Positions 1-12,097 of a stretch of DNA of 64,000 nt are shown here, in pieces; position 1 is the first letter of the stretch, and each line of letters opens with the position of its first letter. The DNA lies in contig NMRA01000269.1 of the NCBI GenBank assembly GCA_002633005.1, positions 511,098 to 575,097 of the forward strand. The letters run 5' to 3'. The position numbers and the translations under genes are program-made. Source of the DNA: Phoronis australis. Taxonomy: Eukaryota > Animalia > Phoronida. The notes under the pieces are model-generated. The model was not told where the DNA came from, did no database searches, and was given only the letters and a program-made list of their open reading frames with translations.

Positions 1-2318
1 AATATCTTACATAATCTTGCAAGTCTTGCTAAAAGAAGTCTCTTGTTATATAAGGCTGGTAGGATAACCTGAGGCATGGAGAGACTTCTCAGGGACAAAG
101 AGACTGAAGAAACAGTTACATACCAGAAGTTACTAGTTGAAAGTTCACAGGCAACTTTTCCAGTTTCTGTTCTGTGAATAATTCTTGGTTCCAAAGCAAC
201 ATAGATGAAATTCAGCAAAAGCCAAAATGTCCATAATTCATCCCGACCTTGCTTGTACACTTGGGGACAAGAAACAAAGAATAGCTCCTTTGTTTTAAGT
301 CTGTACCAAACAAGCCTAAGGCTTTTTAAAAGTTCAAGTTTGTAGCAAAAATACGGTTGTGACATTGAAATTTAAGTTTTAACCCTTTAAGCAAATAGAA
401 TAGTCACATTTTAAACAAACGTGTACAGATGAAAAAGTAAGAACTATTGAAGTAAACAATGGATTAACACATCAAAAATCAGACAAAAGTGATTAAAATA
501 AATGTGTGTGTCTCATTCGTGAAATACGTAGTGGACCCGTACTAAATCTATTCTGAAATGTTACTTACTCGCTCAATTACTCCATTTAAAGGGGAGGAAA
601 AAGAAGAAATTTAAAAAAACGAGGCCCAATAATATACATTAAACTCTTGCAGTCATTTGCTCTCCAGATAAGAGGCTGGATGCAAACACTGAGAGTACAG
701 AGGTCTCTCCCCTGGGAACTAAGTCAGTTATCAGCAACCTTTCACAAGATAAGGCTCCACACTGCTGTGCTAAAGTTGCCTGTCATGTTGTCAAGTTCAG
801 ATCAGTTAATGGTGGTGTCATTTGATGGGTAATGGCAGTTTCTAAAGGGATGCTTGGTAGTTCCTTGTAATGAGGTGATAACAGAGTCTATGACTTAGAT
901 GAAAAGACTTTCTTTGTTCATATCTTGATACTGAACTGGACTTCTTTTGAACCTTCCAATATTTTATGGTAAATTCTACCGTGGTCTTGCTAGGTAATTA
1001 CTATAGCGGGAAGTCATTACTGGGAAGTGACAGCTATTTTCCCAAAATTAACTTGTGTTTTCAAACGTGATTTTAAACAAACTGTGTAAGTTGTCAGCAA
1101 CCTAAACATTCTAATATAAAGTTGAGGTCTCGACCTACAAAATGATCCCAATTCAGTCCCTGAAGATCACAAACTAGAGAGCCAAGGCACTTTGAATATT
1201 GCCTCATTTTAGCGCTACAAAAGACAACTCTTCCAAGGTGAATCCCTTAAGGCCAATGCTTTGTGATCTGTATCCTCCTAAACTGAAGTCCTCTAATTGG
1301 TCATTACTTCATCAGACATGTCTTGGTTTACCCTCTATATTGCACAGTGATATTAGCACTGAAAATTGAACGCTAATTCTTTATCTCTGTGATTGCTTGG
1401 TCAAATTAGTTAGAAACACAACACGTAGCGATGACGTGAATATGAAGTAGGTTGAAAATTGCCAAATGTTTTTAAGAATGAGTTTTGTGTCGAAAATGAT
1501 CCGCCGTTAATCACTCGACTGTGTCCAGTAAGTATCGTGGCGTGGTGTTGGCGAATAACACCCCAAGATGCGGGTTATGAGTCCCCAAGGTACGCCATTA
1601 GAACAAAGGTCACCTTTTTGCAGATTTTTTTTGTTTTCGATGAATACAACTGCACTTAGTTTAGTATTACTTAACGACAAAATGGGGTAAAACTGGCTGG
1701 AAATATTCAACCGGAGTAAAAACTTGTGGATGGTGTCGCATTCAAATTCGTTTCTGCCAAGGTTGCCTGATTTTATCTGTCCTAGGCACATTTCACGTTT
1801 GCGCGATGGGCTTACCTAGCTCTCATATTAGCCTGCATGCTACAAATAATTTTGAATTCATGTAAGTCATTCACTCAGAGTGAAATCAAGTGCTTTACAA
1901 CTAAGAATTCTATAAGTGTGGAGTGTGTATTGAAATGTCAACATTCAGTGTTCACTAGGCAGACTCGTTAGTTCGTTATCAATTGAACTTCTACCTGAGA
2001 AAAGTTCCGTAATTCATATGTTACCGTTATTAGGTAGTTACAAGGGCGATAACAACATAACGAACCGTGTACACTTTAACTACCTGTACACCAACAGGTA
2101 TTCGCCAACTGAATTTGTTCATCAATAAAACCAGCATATGATCAGGACGTGTAATGCATTTACTAATTGGCACTCTTACACAAGTCAAGATTGATTGACA
2201 GTAGTTCAGTTACCTTGTTCAATCAATTCTGTACATTGCTAAACCAGTATTAACAGTCCTAGTCTGGACGCAGTGTCCCCCTTTCAGAAGGTTGCAGAAA
2301 CGATAATTAACAGATTAA

Positions 2319-2343
2319 NNNNNNNNNNNNNNNNNNNNNNNNN
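2319..2343. other. Assembly gap (Ns) next to a poly-C run
   Basis: N run. Confidence 0.99.
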
Positions 2344-4397
2344 TCCCCCCCCCCCCCCCGGAAGGTTTTGTTTTCACTTGCCATCAGTAAGTTTTTCGTT
2401 ACGGATCCTTAAAGTCATAGAAATGGTGTCCGAATGATACAAATAAAACCAGACAATAAGTGCAACAAAAAATTCACCTATAACAGAATTTTGACTCATA
2501 GCCCAAGTAATGGTATATTTTTGTTTGTACATCTGCACCATGTCACTTTCTTGAATGTCTGCCAATAGCCACTGTTGTTGTCCCATATTTTATTGACCTT
2601 CCCCAGAGGACCTAGTTACAAAGTTCAAAGTTCTGAAAAGGACTATCAAGTCAACTGGTGATATTGTACAAGGGATTGGAATTGCTGGAAAGGCCTTCCA
2701 CATGTAAACATGTCTAATTGAAAATGTGCACGATCAAAAGGTATTAAGTTCCTGTATTTCCTCTACATCCTGTGGTTTCAAACACAGTCACATAGCAGCT
2801 GTAAGCATGGTAGCGATCAAATTTCTGAGGGCAAGTGGGAGGTACAAAATTACCTCCAGAAATGGATTGGAACATTACGCTTAGAAAATAGGGGCATATT
2901 TTTTCACCTGTACCTTTAGTTAATTAGCGTGAGGTGAAATGACTATTAAACTGGACTAGTGCAAACGTTTCAGGCATGAAACTGGATGAGGTAAAATCTC
3001 GCAAGAAAAATTTGCAGAAATTGACCTTTTTGTCATTTTTAGGGCTTTGTCATGGATGGCAATAATTTTTCAAAACATAAATCTGGTGGTAGCTACGGTA
3101 CACCTTGAACTGGTGATGCTGGAGCATAATTTAATGCTAAAAAGCAGGGTATCCCTAAACTGTCCTTACATAAGGTCACTTAGGAAAATAAACTTTTCAA
3201 TTTCAATTTGAGCAACAGGAATCGTGACCAATTACATGATAAACTATAACAGCTGATGTTTTGATTTGCTCATTGGTGTGTTAAAAATGGATTATCAGCA
3301 GAAGGTTTGTCTAAATATAACCTCTGCTTAATCCTGGAGATTCCAATCAGCTGATCACATCCCAAGCTTCAAACTGAACTTCGCATCACACCTCGAGAAT
3401 GACACTGGGCCGGACGCCTTTGAGCAAGTTTCTTGGAACACAAGCAAAATTATGCAAAATCACGATAACGAAACGGCTGGCGAGGCCGCAATGTTGAATT
3501 ATGGGAGTGCGATATAAATAAAAACATTATTTCTGTTCCATAAGCCAAGATTTCTGATCTCAAGTGTGTGGTAACTAGTTAGAGTCACGGAACACACCCC
3601 TGGCCACAACAGAACAAGTTTTCATTAGTAGGAATAAGATAGTTTAAATGAACGGTTTGGATTGAAGACTATACTGCGGTAGGGTGCCAAACTCCAATTT
3701 AGGGCATGCCGGCACAAGGTGGTCAAGTGCAATTTTATTATCTCATTTTTCGTAAAATGTTCTGCCAAAATAATGCTTTGTCACATTAAAATTTTGCAAC
3801 CGTGGCAACACTCAATATTTTACAAATTGTGGACTTTCACAACAATGTTCGAAACCCTTGAAAAACGAACAAGGGAAATTTTGATAATTATTACAGGCCG
3901 AAAATGATGAGATTTTAAACAAATTCCTGACCTTCAATGAAATATCTGTATACACATAAATGTCATCAACAATGAATTAAACGTGATTGGTCTGTGACAT
4001 CATAGAATGCTAGAGAGAAATGACACGAATGCCAGGCCTTCCATTCCGGCTTCATCAAACCTACTTGGGAAATCAGTGCAATTGTCTGTTGATTGGAAAA
4101 TGGAATAACATCTTGGTGTTCCTAAGTAGCTTGCTCTATTCCGGCTGTCTATTAAGTCTGGCTCATCACTCGAGGACTATTGAAACCCGTACAGGCGATA
4201 AGCAAGAAAGGCAAATACCTGTTAACTAAAAGTAATGTACTCTTCACACCAAGGTGGTTATAACTTTTATAACCAATTTAAAGGTCTGGTTATGTGATAA
4301 CTCTCACTATAAACACTTCAAAACCGGGGTTTAAAAGTCGCAACAGTAAGTGTGAGGGTGGTTTAGCAAGAAGTTTTAACTATTGTAACTCCTTGTG

Positions 4398-4789
4398 AAG
4401 CTGCTTTTACACGGGAGACAACTGTCACGGAGCAACTAACGCGGAACATCTGATTGGGCGCAAGCGTATGCATAAAATGACTGACATGGAGCAAGTTAAT
4501 AACCTAGCAGCCATTTTTGACAATGGTTTGAGAAGTGGAGTGAGTTGTACTCAATCAGTTCCTCCAGTGTCAACTACACCTCTAAACACAACAAGAGCAG
4601 GGCGGAAAAGGATTATCTTTCAATGCGCTTGCGCAACAGCATATATATGGGTGATCAGGCGGTTTGGACGTTCGCTATTGTTTTCGTGTAAATGACACAT
4701 GCTGATCCAGTTTGTGATCTAATGTCGTGTATACGCGACTTAAGTGGAGCAAATCGCACTGTGACAACATGCACCCATGTAAAACAGCT
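4398..4789. mobile_element. Degenerate MITE (Harbinger-like termini)
   Basis: agctgcttttacacggg...tgtcacgg is mirrored by ctgtgaca...cccatgtaaaacagct. Confidence 0.5.
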
Positions 4790-7237
4790 TAAAAGTTAAA
4801 TCTCTGTAGGTGGCTCTGCTATCAAATATATAAGGAAACAACAATAGAAACTAGGTTAAGTTCCTCCACAGCCAAACTCATCAAATTACATAACAACGAT
4901 GAACGCAAATACCCGTAGGAGTCAAAAAATACAACTGTGTTTTACAACATTCATCCAACAGGTGGCATTGCAGCCATAAAATTTCACTAGCTGAAAAAAA
5001 CCTGATGGCCACTAATATTGCTGTCTCATGCAATGGAAACAGTTTTGGTGCTATGCAACTTGAAGTCATAAATCATGGTTATTGAGGCACTGGGTGCATT
5101 CAAACCAGTAGGACAGTACATCTTGACAGCATCTGGGTTCAATTTAATGGCACTGTTTTGATAAACATGACTAGATGCCAGCAAGTCAACAGGGTAGTCT
5201 TTATCTAAATACCAGCAGAGCTCACCTTCTTGTGTGCATGAAGAGTAATTTTATGGCAGACAATGTGTTTTGCATTACCTCAATTTTGACTATTCATCAA
5301 GGTGTATCCAACAAACTTTTCAGTATCTATCAATTGAAAACAAAGATTCAATCCAGTTTGGGAGTGACAGCGATAAAAAACTGTCTAGTACTTTTTATTA
5401 CACTTTGGCTACAAATTTTACCCATTACTCGTTTCTAGGAATTATGACCTAATCGTGTGCTTTTCGGTGAAACTGCTCCAAGTAGATTTTTACCAAGTGA
5501 CCCCAGTTAGCCGATTACCACGTTAACCCGAGAATGGGAGTTATATCCCCAGGCAGTGGAATAATTGAATGCAAAAATGCAGCTGCACAATGGTGGAATA
5601 AAACTTTTTGAAACGCTGAATAGAAAATTGTAGCAAAGAACCTCGAATCATCACAGTCCTCAGCATATAGTCTAAAGAATGTACAGATCAATTTTCACCA
5701 CTGGCAATAACAGGATCTTGACTGGCTGGAAATTAATATAGCTGCGATGAATGCAATCTATTTCTAGTGGGAATCTTCTATTGACTTTCAACACATTCTA
5801 ACGAAAAATCATTAGCGATTTTATGGGCTAGTGCCATCAATGATTTTCTGCTCAGAAATAAATAGCTCCGCAAACAAGTCGGACTATTGGCTCAAAACTA
5901 ACATTTTCTATATTTTATATGCCTTGCTATTGTGCCAATTCCGTGGGTAAACAGCCAGCGATCAAGTAGTGCTCTCGCAGAAACTCATCAATATATTCAT
6001 GCAGGTGCATTATGATTCACGCCAGTTGTAGATCACTCGGAGCTTCGTAAAGCCAGGAATTTTGCCTTTCCTAGTACTGCAAATTTCATGCTAAGGTAGT
6101 CACGCCAGTCACATTTTTATTGCCAGAGGACTGATATGACATTGAAATTATTCTCGTCTAAAGAACGCCGTAGAAGCGCGATATTACCACAGCTGTTCAG
6201 ATTAACGTACGCGGCGTTTTATTCGAGAAACTCAAAACAGTAGGCAATAGGGAAAAGGCTACTTTAGCGAACTCGCCAATTTCGAAACAACAAAGTGTCA
6301 AAATTGTCCCCTTTTCAACTTTTTAAGGGCTTACGACATTGCTGTGAATGCTCGCAATTTTTTGGCAATATTGCCTGGTGCTCGCCACGGAGTAAAACAT
6401 GGTGCTACGTGAAAAAATGAGAAAATAAAATTTCACTTGTAAACCACATTGTTGAAGTTCTACCCTAAGTATTGCTGGTCAGGACAAAAACAATTTTCTT
6501 CGCAACCAGTCTGTGCTTCCAAAGCAACACTATTGTGTTCTTCTTTTTGTGAACTGAAGTTATCAGTAATGAAACACCTGGGATTCCCTGCCAGCCACCT
6601 TGCTTTGTCCTCTGAAACTAACTTACCTTGATGAGGCATGTAATAAGCTATGGAAGAGGTCGGTATATGGGACACGTCACTAAGATAGAAGACTTTTCAC
6701 AACCAGTTCCCCTACAAATGTTTTCCTTCTTCGACAAAATTCCCTATGAAAGGGTGATCCCTTTTGATTTAATGCCCTACAAAGGTTCACTTAGGGAGTT
6801 TGAAATTCTACAAAGAGTTACCTTTTTCAAACTACAGAAATCTACGGATTTTTAATATCTATGTTTTTAAAAGCCTTGGGTGCATAAGATGCACTCATTT
6901 TGTCTCAGGCCTTAATTGATTAAATACACAGCTATGCGAGAACTCTTACAAAAGGGTTAGATTTACAGAATTGTGCCATTTCTGGAGCAAAGCCCTACGA
7001 ACGGTTGACTTCCATAAGCGTCTTACAAATGGTTCTCTTCTGAGTTCACTCTACAATTAGGTGGGTATTCTAATATTAGAGCTACACCCCAGACAAAAAT
7101 ACAATCAAGTATCCCCCAGATCAGATGTAATAATGAATTGTCATTCCTCTGAAGCCAAGTAGGGCGAAACTAATTTTATTACGACAGATGGCCAAAATAA
7201 AAGTTGTTTTGTAAGGACAGCGTCATTTATTGTACCT

Positions 7238-7331
7238 TTAACATTCAGAGGTGGATGTTAACATTCATTCAGGGGTGGGTGTTAACATTCAGGGGTGCCT
7301 GATAACATTTAGGGGTGGGTGTTAGCATTCA
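7238..7331 (+). repeat. ~20-bp tandem repeat TTAACATTCAGGGGTGGGTG x4-5
   Basis: Visible tandem units. Confidence 0.8.
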
Positions 7332-9093
7332 CCAATATGGTTACGTCAGGTTTCAATTGTTACAAAAACTGGCTCAAAGTTCGCTCAGGTGAATGATTCC
7401 ATTACAGGTTTAGGTAATTTTACAACTCCTCCCAGAAACAGCTCTTTGAACCTGTAAAGTCCTTCATGGAAAGATAAGATTATTTACATAAACAAAATAC
7501 TAAGGTTAAAAGTATGACCACTGATTAAGTTCAGTTTTGTGTTGGGAACATGAACATACTGTCTGATATTTGAACAGTTTGTTTGAACAGCTTTTTCTCT
7601 AGACTTAAGTCGATGAACTCCCAATATTTGATTGACATTCGTATTACGTGCAAGAGAAGTTGAAAATAATTTTCTCCGGTAATGGTCCCTGTTAATTCAG
7701 CAGATCAATGTCACAACACTGACCTTGGCACAGGCTCGTTTCATCAATTGAAGGCTGAGTATTGATTTTGCCATCTAGTGCAGTGAGACGTTCAAATCAC
7801 ATGACAGGCCTGACAAAATGCACCTTGAAGTCCCCAGTATGTGGACAAAGATTCTTCTATCTACCAAGACTGAAATTCCTAATTGAGCTGTGTATTATAA
7901 ACTAAATGGTTCTGTGATTAATCCAGACATAATACCACAAAATTATGCACCATGTAGCCAAGAAAAAGACTTTCATGCCATCAGCAATGTTTGTAATAGA
8001 CTCCCGAATTCAAAACAGCCACAAAAACTGCGAGCAAAAATATGCTCATTGGACAGATCAAACAATTGTAGGGTCTCAAATATTCCATGACGCAAGCACA
8101 GTTTCAATGCACGTTCAGCAATATTCAAAAATCTTAAACTTTTATTCAAAACACAACAGGCTGGTAGTCAACTACTGGTATCACATGAACAAAGCACTGG
8201 CCCTTCTTAGTGTTACTATGAGGACAGATGTTCACTTAAAATGGAGTTCAGTCTCAACCTCTGTCTGGTCTGCTGCCATAGTAACCAACCAAGTTGACCT
8301 CTTCTAATGGTATAAGTGGAGTGAAACCAGGAACATGTGTGGCTCCCATCACAATGAGTTCTTTCATTGAGAGATTTGGTTACAGGAGGGTTGATTGTGG
8401 TTCACTGTCTAGCTGAGCCTCACATGGCCTCACTCCTACCTCCTTCACAAACTGGCTGTAACGCGTTTTCGCTAGCACTTTCTCAAATAGCGAAAAGGTC
8501 AGTAATGTGAAAGGTTACAACAGTCATTTTTGCTGGCAGTTTGAGTTACCCCAAAATTGCTAGCGTCTTCTAACACTTTTGTAGCCAGGTTGCTTAATTA
8601 AGAACGGGTAAGAGACGTTTGTTTATTGTTTCATTAATTACTTGATAGTAGAGAGCTTGGTGTCTTTTGACATAAATTTTCAACTGATTCAAGTGGCTAG
8701 AGTTTTAGCCTGCAAAAGTGTTAACTTTTTCGCCACTCATGCATCAATCAGGAGCAGCCAGTGCATGGCGGGTCTATTTCATGAAATTGTGAAGTGTCAA
8801 ATCCATGATTAGGTTGATTTGAGGTCAAGTGCCATAACACAGACAATAAAGGCTGCCTCACACCAGGTTAACTCTGGTACTAAAAGAGCATGGGGGAGCA
8901 TCCGTGCAAAGTTAGTTGAACCTTTCACACCAGCTTTGGTACAGCACTTTGATGCCGGAGTCATCGAAGTTATTGTGTACAGATATGAACACCCCTATCA
9001 CACCAATGTTTGTTCTCACAACTTTGAGGCTGTCTTTACATCCTGACGAAACTGGCTGGAGACAGGCAACTTTGGCAAAAAATGCACCAAATG

Positions 9094-9248
9094 CAGGGGC
9101 GGATCCAGGGTTTTGAGTTAGGGAGGCTGGGGCAGAGTATTAGCCAGGATTTTGTCCGTCAGACATTCGCACCCCCCGAACTGCCAAATTTAATCTGGAA
9201 GAATTTTAGGGGGGAGGGGGACTTGGACCCCCTCTAAATCCTCTACTG
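9094..9248. mobile_element. Short GGCGGATCC...GGATCCGCC-type non-autonomous element
   Basis: Homologous to 20481-20643 (shared tagccaggattttg.ccgtcagacattcgcacc). Confidence 0.65.
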
Positions 9249-9487
9249 AATTGTGATATCTGCCAACTGTGCTTAGTCTGTTCCCAGTCAAGTTTTCCCC
9301 CCGTTTTTGATATCCTCGCGAGAATGACTTTGGTGTGTGAACAGGTCTTATGCTGTTAAAACAGACTTCACAAGCGACTGATGTTAAATAACTTCTCATT
9401 CCACTTTCAGGTATTTATCATGATTTTACCAGGATAGACGTCTCAGGGAGTAGTCTAGTCACAAGAGGCACTTGATGCTGGTGAGAA

Positions 9488-12097
9488 ATGGCCCAAGCAG
9501 ATGGCAGGCAATGCTATCTGATCACTGTTCTACTGCTGCAAGTGTGTGTTATTTACGTGGTGAGCAGCTGTCCTCCACCATGTGTCTGTGGACTACAGAA
9601 GGTGGTGTGCAGTGGACAAGGTCTACTGGACATACCCCTCATGGTGCCAGGTGATACCGTCCTGTTGGACCTGAGCAACAATGAAATCAAGACCATCCAC
9701 AATGAGTCTTTAGAGGGACTCGCACAATTGGAACATCTGAATCTAAGGGACAACCGTATTAGTCAGATTGATAGCCAAGCTTTCACAGGACTTCCTAAGT
9801 TGAAAGTGCTAGATTTGGATGGAAATCAAATTGAACACTTCGTGAAGGCAAATTTATCGAGTTTAGCCGCGTTATCGGTTCTCAAATTGAACAGAAATCG
9901 TCTCCTAGACTTGGAGTGCAGTGAACTTGGGTGGCTTGGAAACCTGACTGAGTTGAATGCCCGACACAATAAACTGACAGTCTTTCCAGATAACTGCTTT
10001 GAAAAATTATCAAGCCTGCAAGTCCTTGATCTCAGTTGGAACAGACTTCACCTCATTTGTGAACACACGTTTATCGGACTACCCTCACTACATACACTCC
10101 TCTTAAATAACAACCACCTCCACCATGCAGTAACGCCCAACGCTTTCAAATCGCTGGTTCATTTAAGAACGTTAGACTTGGCAAAAGCAAATATATTTCG
10201 ATTAACGAACAAAACATTTTCAGGACTTGCAAACCTCGTTCACCTCAACCTCAGTGATAATGCAATCAAGGATATATGTCAGGGTGTATTCCACGCTCTG
10301 GTCAGCATTGAAACGTTGCAGCTAAGTGGGAACCCCATAGACATCATTCCTGACAATGGATTTGTTAAAAACGAGCAATTGCAACAGCTTAAGCTCAACT
10401 CAATGCCAGATCTAGTTTTCTTCTATCCTAAAGCCTTTCATGGGTTGTCTAATTTGATCCTCCTGGAGTCAAGGGATAATAAAAGGATGCAAGTTTTGCA
10501 CCGCGATGTTCTAGTGCCATTCAGACACATTGAAGTCCTCGATTTCACCAACAGTGGCATACAGTCGGTCCATTCATCAGTTGTGCGTAACCTCACGTCA
10601 AATCCTCAATTACTGCTGGGTGGAAATCCTCTGAAGTGCAGTTGTGCTCTCTCGTGGATGAGAGTAAATCAGCGACAACTCAGAGTCAACATATCCGATT
10701 TAGACACTCTGAGATGTGACAGTCCCGAACGTCTTCATGGGAGACGTCTTATCGATGTTCCTCTAAACAACTTGACGTGTGCAAAAGCCACAATAGCTAA
10801 CCGCACTACCAGTGTGGTAACGTATCAGATAGGCTCATCTGTTGAACTGAAATGCCCTGCGTTGGGAGAGCCGCGACCCTCCATAACATGGGTGACACCT
10901 AGTGGTAAGAATTTCACCTACCTCCAGTATGACCCATACAGGTACTGGCCGAGTGAGGTGATTCTAGCTGAGCATGTGCAGAACGGATCATACCACATGG
11001 AGCACCATTGGCACGAGTCCAACAAATACCACACGTCATTTGGTGACTATCAGAGAATTCATCTGCTGGACAACGGCAACCTATACATAGACTACGTAGT
11101 GCGTGGGGACGCTGGTCCGTACTCATGTCTCGTAGAAAATAGCGGAGGTAATGACTCTACTGTGATTCGACTACATCTGGATTACTTTGTAATCCGCCAG
11201 GTTCGTGACTTTACATGTTTCGTAGGCGGAGCGACTGCTGGTGTTGCCTTACTGCTGTCCATTTTGTTTGCGAGTGTTCGCGCTTGCGTAGAGAAGTGTG
11301 CATCAGCATGCAGCAAGAGAAAGAAAACCGAACGCCGTGGTTTGCGGGAGATTCTCGGGAACATCGACACTTACCGAGCGGAACGCATGCAAACCCTCCG
11401 GGATAACTACCACCTTCACGTGGACAAGATCAAAGACCAGTGCTCGCAAAACCTACTACGATTACGCGAAAACTATCACACACAGATTAGTAAAATACGC
11501 GAGAATTGCGCTGGCAAGATAGAACGCGTCCGCACAAACTACGCTAACCAGAAAGGTCGCCTTAAGGGGTATGGCTCACACAAGGTAGAGAAGATCCGCG
11601 ACAACTACAACGCCCAGATGGTCAAGATCCGAGAGTATGGCCACAACCAACTGAAGAAAATTCATGAAAATTACAAAGTTCAGCAGCAGCACATATTGAA
11701 AATATTGGAAATGCTGAATATAGAAAACTGCAGGGGTGTGGTAGACGCCGAGTGTCTGCGCACAGAGTCCATGTTGTTTGACGCGCAACTCCTGGTCGAC
11801 TCAGATTCCATGGACACACCGGAAGCCGTTACGCCTGACAACCACAGCGTATCTGACTACATGACAGCGGGTAGTGTGTCCGAAGTGTGCTCCCTCTCTG
11901 ACCAGGTGACAGGTAACAGAACAGATACAGGCGTGACGGAGCAAGGAACGCAGGTCGTGAACGAGACTATTGGAGATGCAAGAGGTGCCTCCTGCAAAAA
12001 GGATGACACCAATGGTGCCACTGTCTTTTTCCTAGGTAGCTCTGGTGACGACTTGGAATGTGGAAATGGGTCTCGGCAAGATACCTCAGTAGTATAA
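9488..12097 (+). CDS. LRR-Ig type I transmembrane protein (LIG family; LRRN/IGLR-2/CG16974-like), 869 aa, single coding exon
   Basis: Signal peptide; LRRNT CPPPCVC; roughly a dozen LxxLxLxxN repeats; LRRCT GNPLKCSC...C; Ig domain (LKCPALGEPRPSITW...DAGPYSC); TM (FVGGATAGVALLLSILFASV); cytoplasmic helical repeats. Acceptor-like ttttaccag about 55 nt upstream of the ATG. Confidence 0.95.
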   Translation: MAQADGRQCYLITVLLLQVCVIYVVSSCPPPCVCGLQKVVCSGQGLLDIPLMVPGDTVLLDLSNNEIKTIHNESLEGLAQLEHLNLRDNRISQIDSQAFTGLPKLKVLDLDGNQIEHFVKANLSSLAALSVLKLNRNRLLDLECSELGWLGNLTELNARHNKLTVFPDNCFEKLSSLQVLDLSWNRLHLICEHTFIGLPSLHTLLLNNNHLHHAVTPNAFKSLVHLRTLDLAKANIFRLTNKTFSGLANLVHLNLSDNAIKDICQGVFHALVSIETLQLSGNPIDIIPDNGFVKNEQLQQLKLNSMPDLVFFYPKAFHGLSNLILLESRDNKRMQVLHRDVLVPFRHIEVLDFTNSGIQSVHSSVVRNLTSNPQLLLGGNPLKCSCALSWMRVNQRQLRVNISDLDTLRCDSPERLHGRRLIDVPLNNLTCAKATIANRTTSVVTYQIGSSVELKCPALGEPRPSITWVTPSGKNFTYLQYDPYRYWPSEVILAEHVQNGSYHMEHHWHESNKYHTSFGDYQRIHLLDNGNLYIDYVVRGDAGPYSCLVENSGGNDSTVIRLHLDYFVIRQVRDFTCFVGGATAGVALLLSILFASVRACVEKCASACSKRKKTERRGLREILGNIDTYRAERMQTLRDNYHLHVDKIKDQCSQNLLRLRENYHTQISKIRENCAGKIERVRTNYANQKGRLKGYGSHKVEKIRDNYNAQMVKIREYGHNQLKKIHENYKVQQQHILKILEMLNIENCRGVVDAECLRTESMLFDAQLLVDSDSMDTPEAVTPDNHSVSDYMTAGSVSEVCSLSDQVTGNRTDTGVTEQGTQVVNETIGDARGASCKKDDTNGATVFFLGSSGDDLECGNGSRQDTSVV

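Noticed and set aside
647-832. Possible terminal exon of a plus-strand gene (ttgcag then a short open frame)
   Set aside because: No recognisable domain or partner exons
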